Source of the DNA: Glaucostegus cemiculus
Lineage: Eukaryota
Length of the DNA stretch: 64,000 nt
Reading direction: 5' to 3'
NCBI GenBank assembly: GCA_976551045.1
Contig: CDPCPM010000033.1
Span: 5,146,001-5,210,000 of the forward strand
The notes below the pieces were generated by a model. That model did no database searches and was not told where the DNA came from. It was given only the letters and a program-made list of their open reading frames with translations. Positions 13,831-26,840 of this stretch are shown one piece after another; positions within the stretch are counted from its first letter, which is position 1, and each line of letters starts with the position of its first letter. The position numbers were made by a program, and so were the translations under genes.

Positions 13831-14014
13831 TGCAAATGCTGGCCTGGATTCAGACTGAAAGATGATGGCAAAACCTGTATTGACATTGATGAATGTGCAA
13901 CCAGCTTCCCCTGTAGCCAGCAATGCATCAATACTTATGGAACCTACAAGTGTTTGTGTGCTGAAGGTTATGAAGTACGAGCAGATAATCCCAATAGCTG
14001 CAAAGTTTTATCAG
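13831..14014 (+). CDS. LRP1B: Exon B (184 nt): EGF / calcium-binding EGF
   Basis: tttttcag|TGC AAA TGC TGG...TTA TCA G|gtatga; [61 protein letters not shown]. Confidence 0.95.
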
Positions 14015-14809
14015 GTATGATTTTTCTATTTATTCCCCCCTGCATTAAGTCTGTGGAAATTCACAAGAGAGGTAAAAGGAAATATGATTTAAAGGAAGGA
14101 ACTATCGTTAAAACCCAGTAGGCTGAAAAAACATTGTATTAGTAGCTTGCGTATTAACATTTTATTGAAGACTACTTTAAAAAGTGAACAAAGAAACTTT
14201 ATTTGGGTACATAAATATCTATTACTGATGTTGCCTCAGTCCAATTTCCATCTACAGATCTACTTATCGAAAAGCATATTATAATGTTGTTGCCATCTTG
14301 CACGATGGAGATCCTGAACATTGTCCCAGTACTTTTCATTTCAGTCAGGATTTTTGTTGTGGAAAATAATGAGTTTTCAGAGATGTGTTCTCCTATTGCC
14401 TATTAAAGTTAAGAAGTTAGTGAGCTGTGCATAAGCATCATTTTTTCCCTCATTGTGACTGTATTATACTTCAAGAAGTGTTTTCAGAGAGTATTTGAAA
14501 ACTTAGTCGTTGTCTCCTCATATAAGATGAAATTTTTACAACATTCCCTGGTGTATTCTGTAAAACCCACTGTCATAATGTAAAAGAATGTTTGCTCTAA
14601 CTTGTAACTTTAAACGAAGAGGAGTTGAGAGATGCTTCTGAGTGTATGACTGTTCTGCTACAGCACTTAGTATAATATAACTTATGAATACTCTTTTATG
14701 TCACAACAGTGAAAGTAAAACATTTATTTTAACCAATGTATTGTGTGATGTATGCTTTACATTAAATTTAAACATTACAAGCTTGTGAACTCATAAAAGC
14801 AGAAGAGAT

Positions 14810-16090
14810 GACAACAGGAAGAGGAGGTCTAAAGACTCTTCAAGCCTAATCCATGTTCAATTAAATCATACTGAAATTTTGCATTAGCACTTCTTGTATA
14901 ATCCCCAAATCTCTTTATTTGCTCAGAGCACTGAAATCTTATACTTTTGAATAAATTCAATGACTAAGCATCCACATTTTTCTGAAGTGGAGGATTCCAA
15001 ATATTTATCATGCTCTGAGTGAAGAAATTTCTCCTCATCTCATTTCCAATTGTCTTATCCTGACATTTGGGCTTATAAATTTGTCTTGTACTGCCCATTC
15101 CAAATAAGTGCTAAATCTGTGGCTACTCACTACACTCTCCTTCCCACATTTGTTTTGATTGAAGTCCACTGAATTTCAGAAGTGAGGTACGAAGTGCATA
15201 TGATGTTGTTATATTGCACACATAACTCAAGCAACCGAGGACAAATATCTACTGCATGACTCTCATTCTAGATTCCCTAACAAAGGGATTCCCTAACAAA
15301 AAAGTGGATTCTTTTCAGCATCCACTCCACAAAGCCCTCCAAGGCAACAACTTCTATACTTATAGGACTCTCCTCTTCATCCTAACATTTAGTTGCACTT
15401 GGCTCAGTGGGGAAGGACAACAGTCTAGGGTTCTTCTGCCACGGGAGAGGGAGGGGTGGGGTCAGGTGAGGAAGCCCTTCAAATGTTGTAAATAGGGGAT
15501 TGGGGTATCACCCCAGGGGGCCACATGGGTGGCATCAGTGCTGTGTTCTGTACATATATAAAAAGGTAACACTAAGAATGGAACTGTACACAAATTAATG
15601 ATTTGAACTGTTTTATTATTGTATATAGTTTTTTATTATGAATAAAGTTTATTTTGTTTAAAAAAATGTAGTTGCACTCGGCAAAAGGCACGTTTAACCT
15701 TCTTTAGGTAAGGAGACAAGCTTGCACATAGTACTTCATGTGTGGTCTCAACAATGGGAAAATACTTCATTAGTTTTATCCTGCAAACTTCTCACCATAA
15801 AGGCTAGCATAATATTTTCTTTCTGATTACTTGATGAAACTGATTATTAACTTGCTATGAATCTGATTATTAGTTTGCAATTTCAGAGACCAAAATCTCT
15901 TTGAATCCCATTCACAAGTCAATCACTATATCAATAAATAGATGGTGATTGATCTGCAAAATCTTTTTCCATTCTTTCCAACAGAGTTGCTAATTCTACA
16001 CTACCCCACATTATAACCTACATGCCACTTTCTTGCATAATAATGTATCTCATCTGCATTCTTTGTAGGCTCCACATGTTCTCCTCACAG
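14810..16090 (-). mobile_element. Old decayed CR1 fragments (interrupted)
   Basis: gattccaaatatttatcatgctctgagtgaagaaatttctcctcatctc and gcacatagtacttcatgtgtggtctcaac are degenerate minus-strand CR1 RT/3' motifs. Confidence 0.45.
15404..15666 (+). mobile_element. 3' fragment of an L1/Tx1-type LINE with poly(A) and long TSD
   Basis: Begins with ORF end QWGRTTV*, ends AATAAA...aaaaaaa; flanked by tagttgcacttggc (15390-15403) and tagttgcactcggc (15669-15682). Confidence 0.65.
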
Positions 16091-17374
16091 GATACTTCCC
16101 CACCCATCAGTGGGCTCATATTATCCCTTGAATTAAACTAAACTAAAAAAGTGAAGTTGCCTTCTAGGAGACTGAATATTTCCCAGAAAATATCATATGT
16201 AATAAATGGAACTGAATTATCAATGTTGCAGTAGAAATCCTAGAATTGAAAATGAATTCATGGGTCCAGACAGCCCAGGGAAGTAATTCAAATATGAATA
16301 AAATACAGAGGAATATAGCCAGAACAATAGAAAAAGTTTGCATGTTTAGGATGCCTATTAACATACTAGCTGGGACATACCTGAATGTTACATTTGTTCT
16401 GATGCCCTTAACATGGATCTAATCATATATTGGACTGGGATGAACAAAACAAAATAGTTAAAAATGCTGAAATTCTATTGTCTGAAAAAATGGCTGTGTT
16501 CCTCTAAGTGAGGAATGTTAATTATACAGATAAACATTATGAAGAAAACTTGAAGGTGATTTCAGTAACACATTTTAATCCCATTAAAATAAATGTTAAC
16601 AAAAATAAATATCTTTCATGAACTACCTTATTAAGACATTAGGAATACATTCCAGAGCAGATTAATAGAAAAGAAAAATATAATCAGCTTTTTTGAAGAA
16701 GTTAAAGGACCATTAAGGATGATCCTATACAATGGGAGAGAGCTGGTCAACAGATCACATTTTGCAGGAATTAGTTTGGATCACCAATAAGACGGAAAAA
16801 TTACCTTCTGTGCTTCACAGTTTGGTAGTTCACTGTACAAACTGAGAAACTAGTAGAATGAACTTTACTTAATTAAGTATTTGGCTTAATGTTTCTTATG
16901 TCCTCTTGTCTTATTAAGAATACCTTTGAGAATATGATTAATTTAATTAACAGTGATGAGGATCCATTGCAGAATGAAATTAGTTGTTCAAATTGTTAAA
17001 TTATTGAAAATACATGCATGTGTCAATGAATGACAAGTAAATTCATTCCAGTTCATTACCAATCCATGCATTCTGATTGTTAATATTTTCTCTTTATTAC
17101 CATTGGCTTGTTCATGGAGAACAGGTTAGACTTGGATAAGTATACAAAGGAACATGCATTAAGAGGGATTTCAACCTTTGCCATGTAATAAGGACCTTTC
17201 AATGATTATGTTTATCCAAAGTAAAGAAATGAATTCAAGTCGCATATGCAAAAATTTACCAGAATTAGGAGAAATATTTTTGTAAAGAATGTGAACATTA
17301 AATACTTTACATGACATCTTAAAATGCATGCCATTATCACACTTAATGAAGTTTCTTTTCTGCGTTGCGTTCAG

Positions 17375-17460
17375 ATGAGGAACCATATTTAATTTTTGCT
17401 GATCGACACGAAATAAGAAAAATGAGTATAGATGGATTCAACTACACATTATTAAAACAG
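17375..17460 (+). CDS. LRP1B: Exon C (86 nt): start of YWTD propeller
   Basis: gttcag|AT GAG GAA CCA...AAA CAG|gtaaaa; [29 protein letters not shown]. Confidence 0.95.
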
Positions 17461-17561
17461 GTAAAAGATGTTAAACTTTTAATTTCTTTTCTAGCATCAT
17501 TTGTTGCTTTGCATTTGAAATCTTCAGACACAGAACCAACAGCTTTTGTTTTATTTTACAG

Positions 17562-17681
17562 GGATTGAATAATGTTCATGCAATAGATTTTGACTACAGG
17601 GACCAATGTATTTATTGGGCAGATTTCACTACACAAGGCAGTACAATATCAAGGATCCATCTAAATGGAAGCAATCCTGAG
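17562..17681 (+). CDS. LRP1B: Exon D (120 nt): YWTD blade
   Basis: ttttacag|GGA TTG AAT...CCT GAG|gtagga after a 101-nt intron; [40 protein letters not shown]. Confidence 0.94.
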
Positions 17682-18424
17682 GTAGGAGGGTTTACTTTGG
17701 GAACATGAAAGTGAATAATTTAATCCTTGGTACCGCAAATATGTAATTTGAGTTCACATAGATTTTATACAGCTTTCATTCATTTTCAAAGCAGGTCTCA
17801 CAACAATAATGGAGATTAATTATACATTTCAATGAAATCAAAATAAATGTCTCGAAATTCCCTGTTCAAAAATGTCAAGCTTTGATGCGAGTAACCACCA
17901 TCTGTCTCCCATCCGATATTCATTACACCTTCAACTTTTGTGTCAACGCAGTGCAATGTTGACCTCCCAGACTGGAAGCGGATGCACTGTTGAGTCCATT
18001 GGCAGTTCCAGATCATACAGTGCTGATCAGACCTTGCACCTGGTCCTTTAGCTTCATACCAGCCGCAGCTAGTGTACAAAGACCCTGGTCATTTGAATAG
18101 GTTTGCCAACCCTCATTAAAAGATAATTTTAATAAAACATTTTCTTTTATTCTCCTTTATTTAATTTTATATTTGTCTTTTTCTCAATTTATTTGCAGTG
18201 GTTTAATGTGTCTTTACATTTATTATTTTTGATGATTGTTTTTTTTTTAACTTACTTAACTTTATTTCTGTTTTTTTTTTAATATTGGAGGCATTTAAAC
18301 ATATCAGTCCAGTGCTGTGGATAAAGCCTTGAGGTCGAGTTGCTATTAGTAGCCTGGCCAGTATTATAGAAGGATCAGGAAGTTGATCCCCTGGAGATAC
18401 AGAAGACTTGTTTTCTTCTTTCTA

Positions 18425-18905
18425 GAAAGTCCCTCGAGACTGAGGATGACTTACTTCTAGTTTTATGAATTCTGATCAGGTAAATGAGGTCAATGTGGGA
18501 ATTGCAGATGCTTCCATAGGTAAGGTAGGTGGTGGCCGCTGGAGTGGGCGGGTGGGTAGTTTGTGATGTAATGTGCTGTTTCTGCTGCTGACTTGGGGTT
18601 TGTGGCTGCCCCTGATGCATAGCCTTCAGGTTCTTAATGCCATCTCCATCTTGAAAAGTGCCAGGAATCACTAGTGATGCTGCATTTCTTCAACAAAGCC
18701 TTGACCACATCCTTGAATGTATTTTTGCTGTCTGGCCAGTAATCTCCTCCTGTGCTGGAGCTTGGAATGGAGTGTCTGTTTTGTAAGTGCAAGTGACATG
18801 GCCAACCTTATATAGCCGAATGAGAGTAACCAGAGCCTCAGTGTTGGGAATGTTGACCTGGAAGAAAACAATGATATTGTATGTTTAACCTACCAGTGAA
18901 TTTAG
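18425..18905 (-). mobile_element. RTE-clade LINE 3' fragment (decayed)
   Basis: Minus-strand frames give QVNIPNTEALVT, VGHV, KQTLHSKLQHRRRL and KDVVKALLKKCSITSDSW, matching the RTE ORF C-terminal pattern. Confidence 0.6.
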
Positions 18906-19650
18906 AGGAGACAAAACATAAAAAGCAAACAGAAGGCAGAGGCGAGGTCAAGCACAATCTGGTCCAATATACACCTGCCTGTCAGCAATAAGAGTGAAGG
19001 TTTGACCTTATTAAATGTTCAAACCTGCCATCATTGTCACACCTTGATATCTGAAATATCTAAAATAATTCCATTGTCAAATTAATCCTCACTCCAGCAC
19101 ACACAAAGTGGTTGGGAAGAAATGTTATTAGATCAGCATTTTCACTTTATTTACTTAGCCTGCACCAAGTTAACCCCTGAATTATTAACAATGTTTTGCA
19201 TTACATTATGGATACTCCTTTAAATATACAATTGCATACATTATGCATTGCAAAACAATTTTAAATAATTATGCTTAAGAGTTCTCAGAAGATAAGTGCC
19301 AAAGCAACATTTTACAAATGACTATCCAAACTGTCTTGCTTATGTAAGCCACATTTGTGCTTTTTATGACCTTCAGAAGTATCATTTGTTTCATTATGTA
19401 AGGCTTGGAGTAGTTTTCAAAACTGAGAACACTGTAAAAACAAAAGTCTGCCTCAATATCCTGTTGTATGTTTTATCTAATTCTTTCACAATAAAACCTC
19501 GATTACTCTTTAATAGGTCACCTGCAAGGGAAAAGAGTTCATACACAATCTGCAGCAGACCCAGAGCAGTATGAGAGGGTAATATGTTTTGGTAGAGGAT
19601 GTGTATCACCAAATTGATGTGGAAGATTGTAGAGCTCCAAAATGAAGGGG

Positions 19651-21038
19651 TGTGATTATAGTGAATGTAAATGTAAATTTAGAGTGTGTCCGTGTGTATA
19701 CTATTACGTTTGTTCTTCTTCAAGAGACAAATTTGGCGTGGGTTTAACATCTGTACATTTATTTAAACAACAACCGCACAGACTGCAACAGACAGGCTGG
19801 CTTGCTACCCACTCTATCACAGCCACTTCCTGTTCCATAGAACCATAGAACAATGCAGCACAAAACAGGCCCTTCAGCCCACCAAGTTGTGCCATCCTTC
19901 AAACATCTCACAATCTAACTCTTTCCTCCCACATATCCTACTATTCCACTTTCTTCCATGTGCCTGTCTAACAATCTCTTGAACCAGTCCATCGTATCTG
20001 CCTCTACTACCACCCCAGGCAGCGCATTCCATGCGCCAACCACTCTCTGGGTGAAAAACTTCCCTCTGACATCTCCCCTAAACTTTCCACCCAATATCTT
20101 ATAGCCATGCCCTCTTGTCTTGTGCATCTGCGCTCTGGGAAAGAGGTGCTGGCTGTCAACTCTATCTATTCCTCTCAATATCTTATACACCTCTATCAAG
20201 TCCACGCTCATCCTCTTCCTCTCCAACGAGTAGAGCCCTAGCATCTTAAGCCTCTCCTCATATTCCATACTCTCTAATCCAGGCATCATCATGGTAAATC
20301 GCCTCTGTACCCTCTCCAACGCCTCCACATCCTTCCTATAATGCGGCGACCAGAACTGAACACAATATTCTAAGTGTGGCCTAACTAGAGTTTTGTAAAG
20401 CAGCATCATCACCTCTCTGCTCTTGAACTCAATCCCACGATTTATAAAAGCTAACATCCCATAAGCCTTCTTAACTGCCCTATCCACCTGCGAGGCAACT
20501 TTGAGTGAACTGTGGATATAAACCCCCAGATCCCTCTGCTCCTCTACACTGCCAAGTACCTTACCATTTACCTCATACTCTGCCCTGGAGTTCTTCCTCC
20601 CAAAGTGCACCACCTCACACTTCTCTGGATTAAACTCCATCTGCCACCTGTCTGCCCAGCTCTGCATCCTATCAATATCCCTCTGTAAGCTCCTACAGTC
20701 CTCCACACTGTCTACCACACCACCGATCTTGGTGTCATCTGCAAACTTACCAACCCATCCTTCCACTCCTTCATCTAAGTCATCTATAAATATAACAAAG
20801 AGTAGAGGCCCCAGAACCGATCCGTGCGGGACACCACTAGTCACAGCCCTCCAATCGGAGGGCACTCCCTCCACCACAACCCTCTGCTTTCTACAGGAAA
20901 GCCAATTCCTGATCCACACAGCCAACCTCCCCTGGATGCCTCGACCTCTGACCTTCCCCCATGTGACCCCTTGCATTGCCTACTGGGAACTGTAGTTCTT
21001 TATTATAACTACATAACAACACATAGTAACACATAACA
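19651..21038 (-). mobile_element. Candidate short solo LTR (about 264 bp) split by a CR1 insertion
   Basis: Halves 19651-19838 and 20963-21038 rejoin at the CCAT duplication; TG...CA ends; minus-strand AATAAA near 19758; flanks gggg/gtgg (imperfect 4-bp TSD). Confidence 0.55.
19836..20962 (-). mobile_element. Young 5'-truncated CR1 LINE with uninterrupted RT C-terminal ORF
   Basis: ORF 19915-20976: SGVPHGSVLGP, KFADD, RPHLEYCVQFWSP, FFTQRVVGAWNALP; 3' end (ttctatgg)n repeat. Confidence 0.95.
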
Positions 21039-21363
21039 GTGGGGGTTTGTTGCCAGCCATCCTCTTTACTTTCCTTCCTATTAACCACTTATTCTATATT
21101 GCTTTATTTATTCTGGTGTTGGTGTAGGAGCAGAGTACCCAATATGCCAGATAGAACTGGTCTTCTAATTTCCTACCACATGGCCCCTGTCAACTTTGAT
21201 GTGAGCAAGAACAACATACATCTTGGAGTACATTCCAACACTTCGTCTGATTGCATTCATCACAAATGTTATTACTATTACATCTTAAAAAAGGCCTTGT
21301 TCATTAAGATTAAATATAGTCAATCACATTACAGCTACTTTGGATTGGAATTAGATTGGGTGT

Positions 21364-24300
21364 AGGAAGATTAGGCAGATTAATACGTGGCTGAGAGGAT
21401 GGTGTGAGAGGGAGGGCTTCAGGTTTTTGGATAATTGGGGTTTGTTCCAGGGAAGATGGGATCTGTTCCAACGGGATGGTTTACACCTGAACTGGAGGGG
21501 CACTGATATTCTTGCACGAAGGTTTGCTAGTGCTGCTCAGGGGGGTTTAAACTAAAGTTGCAGGGGGAAGAATGAGAGAGAGGATGGCGAGATAGAGGGT
21601 AGAGGACAGGTGGGGACTACACAATTTCAGAGCATTAATACGAATGGAGAGAGGAGAAATGGGTTAAAAATCCTATATCTGAACGCATGGAGCGTCAGGA
21701 ATAAGGTAGATGAGCCTGAAGCTCAGATATGAATGGGTAAGTATGATGTTGTTGGGATAACAGAGACATGGCTGCAGGGAGATCAGACCTGGGAAATGAA
21801 TTTTCAAGGGTATACATGCTATCGTAAGGACAGGAAGGTGGGCAGAGGGAGTGGGGTGGCCCTGTTGGTGAGGAATGAGATTCAGTCCCTTGCAAGGGGG
21901 GACATTGAATCAGGAGAAGTAGAGTCAGTGTGGATAGAAATGAGGAACTGCCAGGGCAAAAAGACCCTAATGGGTGTTATCTACAGGCCTCCAAACAGTG
22001 GCATGGATATTGGGTGCAAGCTGAATAGTGAGTTAACGTTGGCATGTGGCAAGGGTAATGTCACGGTAGTTATGGGGGATTTCAATATGCAAGTGGACTG
22101 GGAAAATCAAGCTGGTACTGGACCCCAGGAAAGGGAGTTTATAGAGTGCCTCCGGGATGCATTCTTGGAGCAGCTGGTATGAGAGCCGACCAGGGAGAAG
22201 GCTATTCTGGATTTAGTGATGTGTAATGAGAAGGATTTGATAGGGGATCTCGAAGTAAAGGAGCCATTGGGAGGTAGTGACCATAATATGATAAGTTTTT
22301 ATCTGCAAGTGGAGAGGGAAAAGGGCAAATCAGAAGGGACAATATTGCAGTTGAACAAAGGAGGCTATGGGGCCATGAGGGAGGAGTTGGCTAAAGTTGA
22401 CTGGATGGGCATCCTAGCAGAATTGACGGTGAAGCAGCAATGGCAGGTATTCCTGGGAATAATGCATAAGGTGCAGGTTCAGTTCATTCCCCAGAGAAGG
22501 AAAGACTCAAAGAGGGGAAAGGGGCCACCGTGGCTGACAATGGAAGTCAGAGATAGCATAGTGTTAAAAAGGAAGAGGTATAGCAGAACTAAGCGGAGTA
22601 GAAAGATAGAAGATTGGGTAATTTTTAAGGAGCAGCAGAATATAACTAAAAAGGTAATTTGGGGAGAAAAAATGAGGTACGAAGGCAAGCTAGCCAGGAA
22701 TATAAAGGAGGATAGCAAAAGCTTTTTTAGGTATGTGAAGGGAAAGAAGTTAGTTAGGAACAATGTTGGACCCTTGAAGACTGAATCGGGTGAAATTATT
22801 ACGGGAAACAGGGCGATGGCAGTCGAACTTAATAAGTACTTTGGATCTGTCTTTACTGAAGAAGACGTAAGTAACCTCCCAGAGGTACGGATGGATGGAA
22901 GGCAGAGGGTGACAGAGGAACTGAAGTGGATTGACATTAGGAAAGAAACGGTGATGGGTAGACTAATGGGACTGAAGGCTGACAAATCCCCAGGCCCAGA
23001 TGGTCTGCATCCCAGGGTACTAAAGGAGGTGGCTCTGGAAATTGTGGATGCATTGGTGATCATTTTCCGATGTTGCTTAGAGTTGGGGTCAGTTCCTGAG
23101 GATTGGAGAAAGGCTAACGTTATCTCACTTTATAAGAAAGGAGGGAGGGAGAAAACGGGGAACTATTGTCCAGTCAGCCTAACATCTGTGGTGGGGAAGA
23201 TGCTAGAGTCCATTATTAAGGATGAAGTAGCGACATATTTGGATAGCAATGAGAGGATTAGGTCAAGTCAACATGGATCTACCAGGGGCAAATCATGCTT
23301 GACTAATCTACTGGAGTTCTTTGAGAATGTAACAATGAAAATAGACGGGGGTGAGTCAGTGGATGTGGTGTACCTCGACTTTCAGAAGGCATTTGATAAG
23401 GTGCCACACAGAAGATTGGTGGGTAAAATTATGGCTCATGGAATTGGGGAGAGGGTATTATCATGGATAGAAAACTGGTTGGCTGATAGGAAACAAAGGG
23501 TAGGGGTGAATGGATGTTTCTCAGAATGGCTGGCCATGACTAGTGGGGTGCCACAGGGCTTGGTGCTGGGACCGCAGCTGTTTACCATCTATGTTAATGA
23601 TTTAGATGAAGGCATTGAGAATTAGTAAGAAGAGTATTAGTAAGTTTCCTGATGATACAAAGTTGGGTGGCAGTGCGACATGTGTAGAGGATGTTAGGAG
23701 AATTCAAGATGACTTGGATAGGTTGGGTGTGTGGGCAGATACTTGGCAGATGAAGTTTAATGTGAGTAAGTGTGAGGTTATCCACTTTGGGAGCAGGAAC
23801 AGGAAGGTGGATTATTATCTGAATGGTGTGGAGTTAGGTAAGGGGGAAATACAAAGGGATCAGGAGTCCTTGTTCATCAGTCACCGAAAGTGAATGAGCA
23901 ATTACGGCAGGCAGTGATGAAGGCTAATGGAATGTTGGCCTGTATTACAAGGGGAATTGAGTACAAAAGCAAAGAGGTTCTTTTGCATTTGTACAGGGCC
24001 CTGGTGAGACCACTCCTGGAGTATTGTGTACAGTTTTGGTGTCCAGTGTTAAGGAAGGATATCCTGGCTATAGAGGGCATGCAACGTAGGTTTACAAGGT
24101 TAATTCCTGGGATGTCGGGACTGTCTTATGCTGAGAGGTTGGAGAGACTGGGATTGTACATGCTGGAATTGAGAAGATTGAGAGGGGATCTGATTGAAAC
24201 ATACAAGATTATTAAGGGATTGGACAAGATGGAGTCAGGAAATATGTTCCAGATGTTGGGGAAGTCCAGGACCATAGAGCATGATTTAAGAATAAGGGGT

Positions 24301-24572
24301 AGGCCATTTAGGACAGAGGTGAGGAAAAACTTCTTCTCCCAGAGGGTTGTGAATTTGTGGAATGCGCTGCCTCGGAAGGCAGTGGAGGCCAGTTCTCTGG
24401 ATACTTTCAAGAAGGAGCTAGATAGGTTTCTTGTGGATGAGGGAATCAAGGGATATGGGGACAAAGCAGGAACAGGATATTGATTGTTGATGATCAGCCA
24501 TGATCTCAAAATGGCGGTGCAGACTCGAAGGGCCAAATGGTCTACTTCTGCACCTATTGTCTATTGTCTATA
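21364..24572 (+). mobile_element. Long CR1 LINE: ORF1 esterase C-terminus plus disrupted ORF2 (APE + RT)
   Basis: 21364-21555 reads RKIRQINTWLRGWCEREGFRFLDNW...DGLHLNWRG...LN*. ORF2 motifs [45 protein letters not shown]; stops near 21730 and 22180, frameshifts near 23620 and 23860; (ctattgt)n tail. Confidence 0.95.
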
Positions 24573-25783
24573 TAACCTAATGCTGAGTTAGAAAATGCAC
24601 CAGGAGAAATGCAGGATAGGTGAGAGAAAAGCCAAGTTAGTGCTTTGGATGTAAAATGCTACCTCTGCATGAAATACAATTTTATGTTTTTTTGTGTACA
24701 AATACAGATTGAAAGACATTATTTTCCAACATTTTCTATCATTGTTTCAAAATAACTATTTCTATCAACAAATCTGAGTCCTATAACCGCACAGAAAGAT
24801 GAGGAAGAAGTCTTTGTACTTGTCATCTCTAGTTTCCTAGTGCAGTTTACAGCTAACAAAAATATCTTGCACCCATGAGGTTCCAATTCCCTACATCAGC
24901 ATATTTTATCAACCAAAGATTGTAATTCTGAAAAAATCTCTGCAATATTAAGCATTATCATTGGAGTGAACATAATCATGGTTGGTCTTTAGCATGGATT
25001 CAGCAAAGCTTCATTCAGTAAATTCATTTTAACATAGTAGAACCAAACAAATCACCTCAATCATCATCTGTAACAGTAGTGGCAGATTAACAGCTGCAGG
25101 TGACAGAAAGTTAGATGGAAAACATTTTTGAAGTTACTGCCTGTTGGCTTTCAAAGTGATTTAGAGCATCTATACCCAATGGCCTTCTTTAAATAAAGTT
25201 TTGTGGAAAAACACAGCATAGCTGCTAACAACAAATTGATGGATGGAATCTTACAGTACAATTGAATTAGCCTGTAGCCTGAACCGATAGTGATAAGATC
25301 AGACTGTTCAGTGTTACACAGCAACACTGATCCATGAAAATGAGGGATGAAGGAGGGACGGAAGGGGAGGGGGTTCAGGTCTCTAGTAGGAGAGAGGTCT
25401 ATCCTTGATGCATGGTTCTTGGAGGGTTTATCTCTTGCAAAGTTTCTGAAAAAAACACACCTTTGTGGAATTTACCTAGCCCTGATTTTCCTTTGTGCTA
25501 AGTAGACCTGCACTGGAAACTTCTTCCGGTTTCCTGCTTTGGTCAGCATTGAAATTGCTGGAACATGATATAACCATGCAATAAAAGCAATCCTCCAGTT
25601 TAGTTGGATCTTTGCCACTTACTCAACTGAGAAAATTAATATCAGGAATCATGAGCTCCCAATGACTCCAAGGTGGCTAAGTCACCTAAATGACTTTTCT
25701 GACCTTCAGCTGTGGTTAGAAGTTAACCTTGTCTCCTCATTTTCAAAAGGAGATATTGAATGCAAATGAAAAATATAGCATTG

Positions 25784-26155
25784 AATCAGAATCAGTTTTA
25801 TTGTCACTTCCATATACACATTCAGTATGCATGGGAGAGAAGTACCGTACTCAACAGATCCAGGTGCTGTTCACATTAAAACAAAACAATGAGAGATGCA
25901 AAGACAGAAAGACATTAACGACATTGGAACCGTAAAAATTAAATAGAGACTCGAATAAACATTCTTAGAATGAGCATACTGAAGCAGCAGTCATCGGACA
26001 TTTAAAGTGCTGGTGCATTTCTGTACACCTAGCATCCTTTGGTGTTGGGGGGAGGGGTGGAGGGATGAGGGAGTTCATGGTTCTGATTGCTTGTGGGAAA
26101 AAGCTATTGCAGTCTGGTAGTCCTTGCCTGGATGCACTGGAGCCTTCTTCTGGAT
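25784..26155 (-). mobile_element. Rex1/Babar-type LINE 3' fragment
   Basis: Minus strand encodes DCNSFFPQAIRTMNS (typical NSFFPQAIRLLN C-terminus) and ends gtgacaataaaa(ctgatt)n; same tail as 61537-61660. Confidence 0.65.
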
Positions 26156-26840
26156 GGCTAAATAAGTAAGGAATGGGCTCATCCAATAGGGAAGTACATG
26201 ATCAACAATACCTGCAGAATGGAGGGAGACTAGATCCTGAATGGAAAGTTTGCAGAGCAGTTCTGTCTTGTAGCTTTATTGAAGAAAGTTCAGTTCAGAG
26301 ATGTAATTAATGAATTGTCAGATAGTAGCAAATTGTGTAATGGTTTCCTCTATGAACAATACTGCTTGCCTGCAGCTATAATGCTCTAAACCACCTAATT
26401 CCTTTTCTCCTGCTGGCTCAATCCAATCATTTGTTGGCAATTTTGCAGAATTATCCAATGATCGATATGCAGTTACATTGAAAATGTAACTGATGCAGAG
26501 TTGTACAGTGTGTTCAGGCTTATCCGTTTCAACAAAGGTGAGGGTAAAAATGTGAAGAGATGTCAATAACTTTATAAAGCATCTACTTTCCACAAAATAA
26601 TGTGTGTTGCTGATTGCAATTATATAGATGTTGAGGGATCCACAATCGATCCAACAACCTTCAGCAATCTTTAACATTCAGTCAGAATACAGGACTTGTG
26701 CCGTGTTCAATGTAATTGGTATAAATATGTGAATTGTTCAGTCTTCATTAATTATTTTTGTTTTCAGCTAGTTCTTGGAATATTTAGGTAATCATCTACA
26801 AATATAATTTATGATCATGATGCCAAACACAGATAGATTT

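Noticed and set aside
21733-24483. APE/RT ORFs as a functional gene or novel RT system
   Set aside because: Ordinary CR1 ORF2 broken by stops and frameshifts, with FADD changed to FPDD, and 5'-truncated.
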